From Octopus vulgaris (Eukaryota): DNA of 64,000 bases. This document shows positions 25,827 through 40,483 of this stretch, one piece after another. Within the stretch, counting starts at the first letter, position 1. Every line of letters starts with the position of its first letter. The notes below the pieces were generated by a model. That model made no database searches and was not told the origin of the DNA. It saw only the letters and a program-made list of their open reading frames with translations. The stretch spans positions 23,436,001 through 23,500,000 of the forward strand of contig OX597832.1 in assembly GCA_951406725.2 (NCBI GenBank), read 5' to 3'. A program made the position numbers and the translations under genes.

Positions 25827-26552
25827 GGATACGACAACCATATAGAAGTTTCTCCGTTGTTATTGCGTAGCGTTTAGCCACAGGCCAGTCCTGAATGAGC
25901 AAACTTATGAAGAGGTGTGAAAGCGTGATCATTTCTGCTTTCTGCTAGATATAATGTATATGCCACTCTATCATGCTAGACACATTTGCATCGTTTCCTT
26001 TCAAAACGTTGCATTCAGTTGAGTTTCTTAACCTGATTAAGGACTCGTTTCGTTGCAAATCTCGAATATATTTGTACTAAACTTTTACGAAAATCCCTCC
26101 CGCAAATTCTTTATTGAGAATAGCTCTTCTACTCTGATCTGTATCAATAGAAGAAAGAATAAAACGTGATCGAGTTTCCTTCAACCAAATTTGACTCCCA
26201 GTTTTCAAGAGAATTATTCTGTGCCTTCCCTGACAATATTGTCAAAAAAATACTGAGAATCTGTCAAACTAAGACTCCTGCTTCTCACGGAAATATTCTG
26301 CAATGATATCGACTAATGTATGAATACATTTAACGATTTTTCTTATATGCCAATATTGATAGATGTAATATAAAGCAATTATTTGGTGTTTAGAATAAAA
26401 AAAAATATACATAGGTACCTGAATGGATCTCTGACGATTTCGACGACGGGCATCCACTTATCAGATGAACTGATATATTTGCTTATTAAATAGGCATGGG
26501 AGCGGTTGAATATTCCGGACTAATCAGCATTAAAAAATTTGTGTAACAATTC

Positions 26553-26553
26553 T

Positions 26554-26609
<56 letters not shown>

Positions 26610-26692
26610 GGTGGTGGTGCTGGTGCTGGTGCTGGTGCTGGTAGTTGTGGTGGTGGTGGTTTTGGTATTAGTAGTAGTAGTGGTGGCGCTGC

Positions 26693-26754
<62 letters not shown>

Positions 26755-26760
26755 ATGGTG

Positions 26761-26811
<51 letters not shown>

Positions 26812-26812
26812 A
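26553..26812. repeat. (GTA)n/(GTG)n trinucleotide tract
   Basis: Seen directly. It is followed by decayed family C (C2-tail) fragments on the minus strand to about 27370. Confidence 0.95.
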
Positions 26813-27956
26813 TAATTTCTGCTATAGGCACAAGGCCTGAAATTTGGGGGGGAGAGGGTCTGGCCGATTACATTGACCCCAGTGCCCAACTAGTTCTTAT
26901 TTCATCGAACCCGAAATGATGAAGAGCAAAATCAACCTTGACCGAATGTGAACTCAAATGAAATGCCGACATTTTCTCCGACGTTGTCTGGGCGGCTCGC
27001 TGTTTTAATGAAAATAATAATATTCTCTACGAAAGGCGCTAGGCCTCAAATTTTGGGGGGAGGTGGGGGGGACTAGTGGATTAGATTGACGCCAGTCCGA
27101 AAGGATTACAGGCAAAGTCGACCTCGAGAGAATTTGAACTCAGAACGTCAAGGCGAATGAAATGCCGCTAAGCATTTTTCCCGGCATGCTAAGAAGAAGA
27201 AGAAGAAGAAGAAAAAGTATGATTTCAAATTTGGGGAACAGGCCAGTAAATTTAGGGATGGAGGTTAAGTCAACTACATCAACCCCATGCCAAGACTGGT
27301 ACTTATTTTATTGATCCCGAAAAGATGAATGCAATGTCTACTTCCACGGAGTTTGTAGTCATAACGTAGACACTGATTAGGAAGACAGTTTCACCCTTTT
27401 AATTAACCGAATACAGAAAGTGAATGAGCATTAATTTAGCGATGCTAAAGCAGTATGAAAAAACGCTAAGATTAAAACGGCACAATCTGAACTCAAATTA
27501 TTTAAGAACCAGTAAAATAGAAATATATTCATTTAGACCGATGTTCCTCTCCACTACACCTGTATCAACGTCGTGTCTTCCTAAAGTCAACAAACAAATA
27601 ACAAGAATAAATTAAGGGACTTGTTTCAAAACAATTTCACAGAGAAAAATTTTTGTTAATGAAAAGCAAAAATACAGATGTTCATTTGCAATCAGCCATT
27701 GACTACAAGAACGGTCAAGAGAAGTCATCAGACGTCTGTGATTAGAGGTATGGCTGTCGAATTATAGAATCATAGAATTCATTAGCTTCGTGATTTATGG
27801 TTAAACAGGTTAGAGGTGAGAGAATTAACAAGGACCAATGTTAATGTATAGATAGATAAACAGATAGAGAGATATAGTTACAGAAATGTTGTTAGGCATA
27901 CACACTCATAAATGTGTGTATATATATATGTGCATTTATATATATACATGCGTTTA

Positions 27957-28011
<55 letters not shown>

Positions 28012-28080
28012 ATGTATGTATGTATGTATGTATGTATGTATGTATGTATGTATGTATGTATGTGTATATATATATATCTG

Positions 28081-28126
<46 letters not shown>

Positions 28127-28252
28127 TCTGTGTGTGAATGTATAATACGTCATAATTATTGTGTCTTTCAAAAGAGACAAAGAGTTAACAGGACTACAAA
28201 AAAGTACTCAAATAAATTAGGCAAAGATAATTAGTATTTATATATGTATGTA

Positions 28253-28340
<88 letters not shown>

Positions 28341-28351
28341 TATATACATAC

Positions 28352-28390
<39 letters not shown>

Positions 28391-28411
28391 TCAATAAATG
28401 GTGGGGTTGTG

Positions 28412-28455
<44 letters not shown>

Positions 28456-28686
28456 ATATATATTGCATTGTGATATATTAATTTATTATGAAAACATAGA
28501 TTGGGTGTTAAGAATGGCACATTCATTGGAGAGTCAGAGAAAAACGTTTTCCTGGCTATATTCTGTCTCTTTATGTTAAGGTGTTCCAAACTCACCTTAG
28601 CCTTTCATCCTTCTGGAGCCGATGCAATTTAACTGAACTTACCCCAGGTCTGTGATTGTTTATACTTTACGTTAGTAAATATGTAA

Positions 28687-28717
<31 letters not shown>

Positions 28718-28928
28718 ATAAGATATTTGGGAATAAATCCAAACTTACGGGGAAAAATCAGATTTAGGATTAAATCCAATTTTATAGTATAAATATATTA
28801 TATTATATTATATTAAATTAGAGATAAAACCACTATTAGGCAAATCAAACAATGAAAAACATAAGCCAATACATAAAATTAATTAATTTATATTATTTTA
28901 AAGTTTAATAAAAGATAAAGAGTAAAAC

Positions 28929-28995
28929 ACTACAATCGTTTCATGGCTGTACAATTCGTAATAATTCGAGTTATGGTTACAGTCAATCTTCAGGT
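28929..28995 (-). ncRNA. Hammerhead-like motif with extended stem II
   Basis: Minus strand: ac-CTGAAGA-t tgactgta ... tacagcca t-GAAA-cgattg-TA-gt. Stem I is weak, and the module is flanked by (TA)n. Confidence 0.55.
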
Positions 28996-29191
28996 TAACT
29001 GAAATATCTAAAATATAATCAGAAATATTTAAACAATATTTTAAGATATAAATAATATGATAATTTTACTTATAATAAACTCTATTATCAAACTAGAAAC
29101 ATAAAACTTAACAATTATGATTATATCAAAATCGACTATAATGTTAAATATTAATTTAATTTATAAGGTAGGAAACATATATAAGTACGTA

Positions 29192-29262
<71 letters not shown>

Positions 29263-29490
29263 GTTATATACATATATATGTATGCATTTATGCATGCTGT
29301 TGTGTCTGAGGAGAGTCATTCTCTTTTGGTGCCTTATATTTTTAACATACTCATCGGTAAAATATCCACTTATTTCTTTATCTTTCTAAAATTTTCGTTG
29401 CGTCTTGCAACCTTTTGAATAGTTTTGACTCTTTCCGTTACTCACACGCAGGGAATCTGTGTAACTGAGTGGGACTCTATGGAATAAATA

Positions 29491-29545
<55 letters not shown>

Positions 29546-29566
29546 TATATAAATATGGCATAAATA

Positions 29567-29613
<47 letters not shown>

Positions 29614-30985
29614 GTTTGTTTATGTTTGTCATGTTTGTGTGTTTGTGTGTGTGTTGTGTTGTGAGTGCCTGTATGAAGATACTTGGCAAAGGTACCACGC
29701 ATTGGATCCGAACCCGAAACCACATGGTTGCAGAGCGAACTTCATTACCACGCTACTTTGTCTGCGCCTATCAATGTGTTCTATCATGTATCAAAACAAA
29801 ATTATATTTTTTTTTAAATGCACTAGGTACTGTTAAATAGGAGATTTAGCTGATATATCGAGCAGTCTAGCTCACAATTTAATTAATTTGAATAGAATAT
29901 ATTCGGGTCCGGATCTACCACATCGTTTTAAGAATCAATATAGGAGTCATCATTACGAATCAGAAAACAATTTGTGCGCTGAAATTATAAACAAGACCAT
30001 CAGCTCCTGTTTAGATCCATTTGTACGAGTACTTCTGCCTGACGAGATATAACAAGTCGAAACACCAGTGTCCTGGAATACTTGCTACTGATGAAACGAG
30101 TGTTATGAACACATATTCATCTCGTCATCACAAACGAGAGGCTGTTCACCGAACACGAGCAGAACAGCGGTTAGCATATTTGCGTTCCGATCTGTCGGAA
30201 CGTATTAGGGATAGGCACATACATGTTATTGTTTCAGGTGAAGATTTATAGATACTCGTAAAAACAGGAGTGAATTCGTGTAATTCGTGTATCATATTTT
30301 TGTCAAATATCCTGCAAGAGTTGGTAAAACGAATAATACTGTGTAGTGTAGTCTGTTAAACTTTCCGTAAAGGGAATTATAATACATTAGTACTATCGAG
30401 CGATTAAATAACGCTGGAATTGTTTATGTGAAAACCTTCGTTTGTTCGTATAAGCTGTTGAAGGTATCAATAAATTACTGTATATGAGGATCATATTTGA
30501 TCACTAGATCAAAGTATCTCATGTTCTAATAGAAATTCAGATAATATTAGATTATTCGTAGATCAAAATAGTCGTAAATTTACAAACTGCCATCGCTTCG
30601 ATGCCAAATCACGCGAAGGTTAAATCGAGTTGTACATCAATCAACATGACTGAATATTAATTAAAGAATATTAAGAATATTAATTAAAAACCTCCAAATT
30701 ACTTATGAAATACGAGTGTAACTTCGCTGTTGATGCAATTTCTATATCATTTATATAGCTCATAATATGTTGTCGTTGTCGTCGTCGTAGTCGTTCTTGT
30801 TAAGTTCCAAGCAATGAATTGACAGAGAAGTCGTTGGGTAGGATAAATGCCATGCGGAGTACCATTCGGCTTCTAGAGATCTGAGTTCAAATCCCGATCA
30901 GTTCAACATTGTCTTTCAAACTTCTGAAGTTGATAGAATAATATAACCCTCTAGGGTGAGATATTTACAGAATTGGTTAAGCATC

Positions 30986-31185
30986 GGGTAAAGACCCCCT
31001 TCGGTCATGAATGACCATGGGATTGCACCTAGAAAGTTCCCCTCCGAGGTACAAGTCAGGGCAAGGATATTTATGGAGGACCAGCGGTCACCCACGAACA
31101 CCACCCCCTCTTCTCCATGTTACCAATGTTATCCAAAGGAAAGGCAAAGACCGATACAGCTTGGCACCAGGGACATCATCGCAAC
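30986..31185 (-). mobile_element. SINE tail 4 fragment (RTE-related / Ceph-like)
   Basis: Minus strand: ggtgccaagctgtatcggtctttgcctttcc...ggtcattcatgaccgaagggggtctttacc. Homologous to 19947-20040. Confidence 0.65.
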
Positions 31186-31399
31186 ACATATGTGTATGTG
31201 TATTTAGACTACTAAATTGAAATTGTTGTATTCAAATGTTTAATAATAGGCTATTTTAAAACAGAGGCCACTACAAGCATTTGAAAGCATACAAAATTAA
31301 AAACAATACGTATCTTTAACTTTATAGGTTTGCTTCCAATTTTAAATAACTGTATAAGAAAAAGGTTGCTAAATGTTAGCAAATTTTTAAACATAACAA

Positions 31400-32897
31400 A
31401 GAATATGTTTTGTTAGATAAAATAAATCGAAGCTGATGTGTCTCCTTTTTACAAACATCATAAAGATCTTGAAGGCTCTTGACTGCCCGTTCTGCTCTGT
31501 GATTTGTCATTGGAATTTACAATTTTGATGGTTCTCGACCCAAAGTACTTTACAGAGTTCAGTGCATTTTTATGAATTTGGAGGCAACCACATAACTTCT
31601 GATAATCATGTGCATTGAACATTTGCTCAGCTGTAAGAGATGAATCGAAAAAAATTGAGAAGCAAAATTCTTTTCTCTGGTAGAAGAATAAATTCCCAAA
31701 GAGCTAGTATTGCTCGAAATTTCCATCTTGCATTACTTAAGTTGAGTATTTTTTTAAACTTTACAGTAGAAAATTTTCCGTTTCCTTCAAAGAAACGAAA
31801 ACCTCTGATCAAATGAAATAGAAATTTCCTGTCATTCGCCATCCTGCTGATTTAGTAATCTTTTCTTCGCCATTGCTGAAATTATCCTGGAGTTTCTCGT
31901 AATTACTTAGAAGCACTGGGATGAATGCATATTCAATGTTGGGAGATGACTTTTTTTCTCCGAGTTTGTTATCCATTATAACACGAAGGACTCTATCAAG
32001 GATGACTGACAACCCATATGATTCTGACAACCAATAAATGGCGGTTCTTTCAAACCCTTTTGAGCAAACAGTCTTTGCAACTGAATGACAATGCCATTTC
32101 TTTTCCCAGTGTTCACATTCGTTGTATCAGCGACAATCATCTTTACACGGTTCCATAAATTTTATTCATCTAAAACAGCAGTTAATCCTTTCACAACAGT
32201 ATCAGCTTTTCCGCTTGGTAATTTCAGTGCTTCTAATTCAATTCCATTCTTTAAACTAGCACTTGGTATTCTTCGTCACCAATACGTTTACCATCAAAAA
32301 TGCAATGACCAGTTTTCTACATGAAGTGCTTTCTTCATTTTCTTTTTTTACTTGAAGGCAAACTGTTGCTGCTTTTGGGGTTGATAGCTTGGAAGATATT
32401 ACTAACTTGGTTGCAGTACCAGTTTTGTTATACTTCCTCCTTGTTTGTGAGGATTTGTGGGGATTCTTCATCTAGTTTTTCGGGCACTTGATATTTGCTT
32501 TCAGTCTCTGCTTCAGACGTTGACGATGACACTGGAGTTGCTTTGTCTGAAATTGGCATTTAGGACACTTTTCATCCTTTGGAAGAATGGATAGTTTTGG
32601 AACTGGCTGCCATTCCAATTGCATGCCCAACTTCTCCCATGCTTTCAATATGAAGATAATATAACATTTTATCCTCACTCCACAGCCATTTACCGTTTCC
32701 TTTGTGATGCCAAAATTTTCTTTCAATGAATCGTATTTTCCTCGTTTTACACATTTATTGTAGGTATTCAACACTTTTTCTACTTTTACTTTCACATTTT
32801 GAATTGATAAATATGGAAAACGTAATTTCTTTTGCCATAAAATGTTACTTATCTCGAAATTTCCTTTGTTCTTTCTTTCCTTCCAAGGAACCGACAA
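31400..32897 (-). pseudogene. Frameshifted DDE transposase relic, hAT-like (possibly hATm group)
   Basis: Minus-strand fragments in order: MIVADTTNVNTGKRNG (catalytic D), FIGCQNH..ILDRVLR (CxxH), LSNARW (RW) and TNHRAERAVKSLQ (catalytic E). Confidence 0.7.
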
Positions 32898-33361
32898 TTA
32901 TCAACATTATTATCATCATCATCATCGTGATTGTAATCATCATCATCAACATCATCGTCATTAACATCATAATCATCGTCGTCATCATCAACATTATCAT
33001 CATCATCATCATCGCCATCATCGTCATCATCATCATCATCATCGCCATCATCATCATCATCAACATCATCATCATCACCAACGTTATCATCAACAACATC
33101 GTCATTAACATCATAAACATCGTCGTCATCATCAACATTATCATCATCATTATCATCGCCATCATCGTCATCATCATCATCATCATCATCGCCATCATCG
33201 TCATCATCAGCATCATCATCATCACCAACGTTATTATCATCAACAACATCGTCATTAACATCATAATCATCGTCATCATCATCATCATCATCATCGCCAT
33301 CATCGTCATCATCAACATCATCATCATCACCAACGTTATTATCATCAACATCATCATCATA
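32897..33361. repeat. (CAT)n compound microsatellite with higher-order units
   Basis: caccaacgttat occurs three times and catcgtcattaacatcataa three times within ATC repeats. Confidence 0.92.
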
Positions 33362-33961
33362 AGGCATTATCCAATCTCAGCATCTTCAATATCAAGCATC
33401 ACCATTCAGGTCCTATTCCTCCCTTATTCTTTACTCATTCACCGTATGATACTTTAGTCGAGTTCTTGATACCATCAAAACTAGTTCGTCCGTGATGTTC
33501 CTCTCGAGCGTTTTCCAGTTTGTTTGTTTGTTTGTTTGTATTGTGGGGGTGTTTATCTAACTGATATCAGACACTAATTAATACCGTTGCATCATTGATG
33601 CCGATCTTGAAAGTGTGCGAGGATCAACAAATTAAAACAAAAACGAAACAACGCCATTTTGCATACATCGAACTCATCGAGGATACGACATTCGCAGATT
33701 GAATGAATTGAGGAATGGCTTCAAACAGAATTTATTATAGGAATGTTATTAGTTGTTCAATTATTCAATTGAGTTTAGTTGGGATTTTTGGAGTGTTTTA
33801 AAAGAAATTTAAGCGATAAGCTAACGAGCGTGTTCACGTCAAGAACTTTCGTTGACGTCACCATTCAATGAGACTCTGTCCAATCCGGTCATTAATGCGT
33901 GTACAGTATGTCGTCTGCATCGCAAGCAATCTGATATTACATTTAGTCCAGGTATTACATG

Positions 33962-34570
33962 TAGAGGAGGAGGGGAGGGGAGGAGGGGGACAAGGAGGTC
34001 GACAACGACGACGACGAGGAGGAGGAGGAAAAGGACCGTGGAGGGTGGACGAGAGGGTAGTAGAGAAAAAGTAGGGAGGAGGAGAACGGGGAGACGGGGG
34101 AGGAGGGGAGAAGAGAAACAGAGGAAGATGAGAAGGAGGAATAGGAAGAAGAGGGGGAGGGGAGGAGGAATATGAAGAAGAAGGGGAGGGGAGGAGGGGG
34201 AGGTGGAAGAGAAGGAGGGGAAGGAGTAGAAGAGGGGGAGGAGGAAGAGAAATAGAAGGTGGAAGAGAAAGAGGAGGACGAGGAGAGAGGGAGCGAGTGC
34301 AGGAGGAAGGGAGATAGAGGAGGTGCGGAGTGGAGAAAAATACAGGGAAGGGAGAGAGACGAAGAAAGGAAGGAATTGGAAGAGAAGAAGAAATTGGAAA
34401 AGAATGAAAAGAAAGAAGTTGAAGGTGACAAGAAGAAAGGTGGGGGAGTAGGAGATAAGGAAGAAAAGAGGGGGAGTAGGAGTTAATGAAGTAAAAAGGG
34501 GGAGTAAGAGATAAGGAAGAAATGAGGAGTAGGAGATAAGAAGAAAGGAGGATGGAGTAGGAGATGCTAT
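33962..34570. repeat. Purine-rich (GA/GGA) low-complexity tract
   Basis: About 600 bp, predominantly G and A on the + strand. Confidence 0.9.
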
Positions 34571-35704
34571 AAGATGTTATTTCTCTCTTCAAATTTAATT
34601 TCGTTGGTTAATGACAGAAATAATCTGCTCAGTACAAGTAACGTCAATTATGAATTTTTAATTTATGAATTTTTAATTTCTTATTGAGCCTTGAGCGACG
34701 ACTAATTATATTCAGAAACCAATATATGTGAATTACACTAAATTCATTAAAAGTAATTCATATCTGCTGACATTAAATCAATTCTCAAATTTGCACTTTA
34801 TCATTTTGACTCTATCCCTGTCCAAATCCGTGTTCATGTGTTCGTCCTTAACGACCAACCTTGTTTTCAGGTTTCTAGTAACTTCTGGTTTCATACGCTC
34901 TATAAGCAATATAAGGCTTTACTTTCATAAGTTCCCAGTTATTTTGGGGTTTTAAAAAAATGGAATGTGCATTATATATGGTGCATGGACGCCAGGGGAA
35001 AATGTCCGGGACATGCAAAGCGATAAAGCTACATCTGAAGGAACAGCTAATTGTATTTGATCGCTATTTATTCCATTGCCTACCCAAGACATTTTTATAG
35101 GTTTGTCCTAAACGTCCATGTTTGTTTTCAGACTTTTAGTTTGCCCTTGTTTCATACTCTACGGGTAATATAAAGCTGTCCGTTTAGAAGACTCAAATTT
35201 CTCTCATGATAGCAAATAGTAAATAGGGATGTGCTTCATATACGATGCAGGGACGCCAGCGAAATATGTCCTGTACATCACGTGATACACAGGCCATAAT
35301 TCACTGGCCTTCTTGCAGCATATACCACATATGTATCACATATGTACTTCCTGTGAAACACACGACAAGTAAAGACTTAAATACATGCTATTTAACATTT
35401 GAAACTTGAGGAAAACATTTAATAAAACTCCGTACAACTTGTGACAGCCGAAGACAAAGTACCAACCAATCTCTTCATTTCCACTTAACCACTTGGCATC
35501 AGATAAAAGAAGATTTGCTGTCTGTATTCCAACACATGTATACTTATCGATTTTTCGGGAAAATTTGTAGCAAAATACGAACGGATATAAGTAAATATTG
35601 AATATCAGAAAAATATAACTATTTTATACTTAGGCCCACGGACATTATTGGATCTGGCTGGTTTCTGAACTCAGCTCAGGGTTAGTCTAGTTTATCTTAT
35701 TTTT

Positions 35705-35918
35705 CATCTTTTACTTGTTACAGTCGTTTGACTGCGCCCATGCTGGAGCACCGTCTTGAATTTTTAGTTGAATGAATCGCCCCCAGAACTCATTTTTAAG
35801 TACTTAATCTATCGGTCTTTTTAGACGAACCGCTTAGTTACGGGGACGCGAACAGACCAACACGGGTTGCCAAGTGGGGATGGTGGTGGTGGGACAATCA
35901 CAGGCACAAAGACACACA
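35705..35918 (-). mobile_element. Family D SINE 3' half (diverged)
   Basis: gactgcgcccatgctggagcaccg...aaccgcttagttacggggac. Confidence 0.75.
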
Positions 35919-35919
35919 C

Positions 35920-35962
<43 letters not shown>

Positions 35963-35991
35963 CACGCACACACACCCACACACACACACAT

Positions 35992-36053
<62 letters not shown>

Positions 36054-36054
<1 letters not shown>

Positions 36055-36170
36055 ATTTATAAACAAGGGCAAAAGAAAAAAAAAGATTTCTATGCCAATA
36101 TGCTGAGAATAGTCTATTCTCAGCATATTGGCATAGAAATATTTTTTTCTTTTGCCCTTGTTTATAAATT
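36054..36170. repeat. Near-perfect palindrome of about 117 bp
   Basis: aatttataaacaagggcaaaagaaaa...tgctgagaatag-t-ctattctcagca...ttttcttttgcccttgtttataaatt. Confidence 0.95.
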
Positions 36171-36479
36171 GTTTATAATTTTCACCTTTAAAGGTATTTT
36201 AATATGCTATCACTTTGATGAAATTTTTTGGGAAAAAAGTTTATCCTATATTAAAAGTATATATATATATTTGAAGTCGTATAGTAACAGTTCGATCCCA
36301 CAGCAAAGCCCCTTATATACTGCAAAGCTACAATAAAAAAAAATATTTCTTATATACACAGTTCACTCGGAATTTCTTGTTCCATAACGTTGGTACAATA
36401 ACTATTCTTCTATAAAATGTTGAACATTATTTTTTATGCAAAACGTTGGATTTTGAAGTTCATAGACCTTAGAAAAGAA

Positions 36480-37000
36480 GTGTGGTACCATTTCCTGGAC
36501 TGAGCTTTGGATTTCGCATTAAGAAGATTCGTCCAAGTTTCATCTCCTGTCAGCAGATCGGAAGAAATGAAAAACATATCTGCATTGGCATCGAAATCTT
36601 CCAGCAGACCAGACTAATGTCCCACTTTTCGTTCGTTCAACTCGGGTATCGACTTCCACACTGTGCACTTTGCACATACGAGGACGTCCTGAAAAGTTCC
36701 TGGTTAGGGACCCAGCCTTTTGGTTCTTTAACAGGGCTCAGAAAAAACTGAAAGACTGCTGAAAAAAGTGTGTAAATTTGAGAGAAGAATATGTTGGTTA
36801 AAATCGTAATTAACTGATTCTTTTGTATTTTCTTTTATCCAAAGCCAGGAACTTTTCAGCAGCCCCTCGTGCCTTCCGATACCCAAAGACTTCCACCATT
36901 TTAATCAGACTTCAATTGTGGAAAAAGCTCACGGATCGTGACTCGTCTGTCCGCGCGAACCAGTTTGTCCATTCGCTGATAATTCGTGTCAGCGATTCCA
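36480..37000 (-). mobile_element. Old mariner relic interrupted by a MITE
   Basis: The minus strand near 36530-36560 encodes LLTGDETWT, the mariner catalytic D motif. Boundaries are uncertain. Confidence 0.5.
36677..36870. mobile_element. Mariner-derived MITE
   Basis: TIRs tacgaggacgtcctgaaaagttcctgg / ccaggaacttttcagcagcccctcgt, related to the TIRs of the 10329 element. Confidence 0.8.
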
Positions 37001-39286
37001 GTTGATTTCTACCACTGCGTGGTATGTTCAATGCTTGTTTCCTCTTAAAGAACTCAATAATTTCTTTCCGCTAAGAACCGATTATTTGCTTGCAATGACG
37101 AACAGGAAGATTTACTCGACCACCAAATGTAATTTCAACGACCTTGAACAGTTAATAAACAGCGTTGCTTTCTGCATTACTTCAGATACAACTCTCCAAT
37201 TAAAAGAAAGGAGAATGTTGCAAATATAACAAGTTTGAAATAGTCAATAACCAGATTTTATCTCCACGCCCAAATTTGATTGCAGTGAACTACAATCCAA
37301 AAGCCTAATAGTCGAGCTGCATGACTTGGTGGAGTTAGGTGGAGTAATATGCGATATATAAATATTTCAAGCTAAGAAACGTGTTCTGCACATGGTGTCT
37401 CATAATGATGGGATATCATTTACATTATAGACACAACTGGAACTGAAACAAGCATATTTATTACAAATAAATTACCAATATTGCGAATAAAATGTGTCCT
37501 ATCTTTATGAGGCACGCTGTATATACGATTCAAAGAATAAAAATAGTTACCAGATACAGAAAATAGCACTTGTTATAATTCGATGGAATGTAGAGATGCA
37601 TCATAATTGCAAGTCGCCATGGCTTTGTGCATCAAATCGAATTACATCAGTGAACGGTGTAAATAAACTCTCAAACGAACAGCGAATGTAATTTACAAAA
37701 TGTGGGCGGCAATTAACATTAGAAAGATATTCTTTATCGTGGCATCTCTATGCAATTTACAATTTGAATCAGCGCAAATTAATGTTGTCTTCTGGGTGTC
37801 TCCGCCATCTTAGATACGTAACTTCAATATCTCGAGTCAACTTAGTCCATTATTCTAGCGATTATCGTATTTTCCAATCTCAAATTGGTGAACTGACAGA
37901 TTCATTTGAACAATGGACGAATTTACCTGCGATATAAATTATTCCGGCTTCTTGCATTCTGTGTTCAATCCTTATGGAAGTCACCTTTCCCTGTCCTCCT
38001 ACTGGGGTTGATATATAATGTCTCAGTCTAAAGTAATAGACTAGCGGAATCATAAGAGCGTCTGTTGGTTACTCTGTGGTATTTGTTTTGGTTCTCTGTG
38101 TTCTGAGTTCAAATCCTGCTATGGTCCTTAAATGCCTTTAGCAGTTCACTCGGTGGCAAGCTTTCAGTATCAGATCTTGGAGGCCCTATGGCAAATGGTT
38201 AATATACATTTTGATATTTCAATTAATATTCCATCAATTGCAAATGCCGAATTTCTATTCAACTTAGTGGATATTTGCAACATCAGTGAATGTTTTATTA
38301 CCTGTTTCCTATAACGGACAAATCTAATTCTCGTCTCAGTATATCACCGGTTGAAAAGGAGCTAAAGAGCTGACATACATCTGGCTCTCATGGGACGAAT
38401 TTTCTTCTCCCTTTCATATTAGGTTTTTAACGCAGCCTGATGCATGAACGGATATTTTAATTGATAATAGCTCACATTGAGGAAGGTGTGTAATCGAGTA
38501 ATGGATAACACCCAATGCTTCTTTGGAAGCGGTTACTCGACCAAACCTCTTCCTCAAGTTGTTAGATGATTTTTGCTTCCTAATATCTGGTTAAGACAAA
38601 AGAACACAGATTTGTACATCAATACCTAAGCTGTACCGAAACATTATTTGTTCGACCTCAGAATGATGACAGGCAACAAAGTCGAACGTCTCAGAATTTG
38701 AATTCAGAGTAGAAATGGATGTAAGTAAATATTACAAAGCATTTTGTTCGCCGCTCTACCGGTTCTCTATTACACAACCGTAATAATTTCTTAGACATAC
38801 GAAGCCAAATATTTGGAAGGATTAAATAGACTTAAAGCTTGACTGTTATTTTATTTTAGCGATTCTAAATGGACGCGAATGTATGTCAGGGTGGGCTGAC
38901 AGGGGTGGGTTTACTCATAGGACGAAATAATTGGCGGCATTTCTTTCTGTTCTTTACGTTTTGGGTTTAGATCCTGCCGGGATCAAACTTTACCAACCAA
39001 GTAATGCAATTGACATAATGCCCTTCTTCCGTTCCCTTAAAAATTACATGTCTTGAACCCGGTAAATGACCTCGGTTATGATCTCGGTTGTTTGTACGGC
39101 ATGGAAACCGAGTTGCCGGCCCCGTGAATCCAAGGACGCAAGAATAAAAAACCTGAAAGGACGAAGGCAGAATTAACCTTGACAGGGTCTAAATTCTGGA
39201 AGCCAAAATCTGAAACTAAATACTGCAGTATATTTTTGAGCGTTTTCAACGATTCTTTTCTTCATAAAATTCCATTGTACTGACAG

Positions 39287-39640
39287 TGGTTCCAAGTTCA
39301 GTCCCACTGCGTGGCACCTTGGACAAGTCTATAGCCTCGGGCCGACCAAAGCCGTGTGAGTGGATTTGGTAGACGGAAACTGAAAGAAGCCCGTCGTATA
39401 TATGTATATATATGTATGTGTGTTTGTATGTGTGTCTGTGTTTGTCCCTCCCAACATCGCTTCACAACCGATTCTGGTGTATTTACGTCCCCGTAACTTA
39501 GAGTGTTCGTCAAAAAAGACCGATAGAATAAGTACTAGGCTTACAAAGAACAGTCCTGGAGTCGATTTGCTCGACTAAAGGCGGTGCCCCAGCATGGCCA
39601 CAGTCAAATGACTGAAACAAGCAGTAGAGAGTAAAAGAGA
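39287..39640 (+). mobile_element. Family D SINE, 5' truncated
   Basis: Matches the 5751 element. Confidence 0.88.
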
Positions 39641-40483
39641 ATACCGATACCATTATTCTGTAGGCACTTTATATAATCAACCTGAAAGAATTGCAAGTAC
39701 ATCTTGACCGTTAACAGAATCCGAAATCGCAATAAATAAATTGTAAAACTATAAACAAGACTTTTATTTCTTGAAATTTATTTGCTCATAAATTGTTACA
39801 ACAAATCGTACATATTCGCTTTTTTTTTTATATTAATTTTTTAACAGAAATTTCTAGAAAAAGAAACGGTGAGGAAGAAGTGCCCTCAAATTTGTAAATG
39901 GTACGATAGGATATGATATGAGGTTTTGTGACGTTCATGATTTTTTTTCAAGGACTTGAGCGACTTAGATGTAAAAGGACTAGACGGAAAATGGAAAATG
40001 AAAATGGTGGACACAGCACGACGGTTAGTGGTATTTTACAACGCTGGTCACATGTTACATGTGATTTGTTTTAAGGGTGTTTCAAATTGTTTTGTGAATT
40101 ATGAGGAATGGCGGAGGGAAAATTAAGACAAAGAATGTTCTAATGTCAATATTATTTAGACTATATATTTTCGTTAGTGCACTGAAATATAAGTAGCGTT
40201 AGAAGGTGAGCAAAACGAGGTTGGTTGGTACCTGGGGAAGAAATGGAAAGAAGGGAAATACAGAGACAAACGAAGGATAAAACAATAAAAATATACAGAC
40301 AATAATACAAAAAGGATACAAATATAAATATACAATAATGCTAATGGCTTCTAACACTATTAATAAGTGTACTTGTTATTACTGTTTTAGTAATAATTAC
40401 TAAGTATATTATCATGGTCATTGTATTTACAAAATAGAACCACGAAGCAGTGATGGGGAATTAACAAACGTTAGGTCAATCAA

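Noticed and set aside
26420-26468. Minus-strand CTGATAA...GAAATCGTC
   Set aside because: G8 is missing and stems I and II do not pair.
30088-30135. CTGATGA followed by an ACGAG/CTCGT hairpin
   Set aside because: No GAAA or stem III follows the hairpin.
32726-33457. Poly-Asp, poly-Met and poly-Ile ORFs (reflectin-like or acidic matrix protein?)
   Set aside because: Open in several frames only because (CAT)n lacks stops. There is no reflectin motif, signal peptide or splice context.
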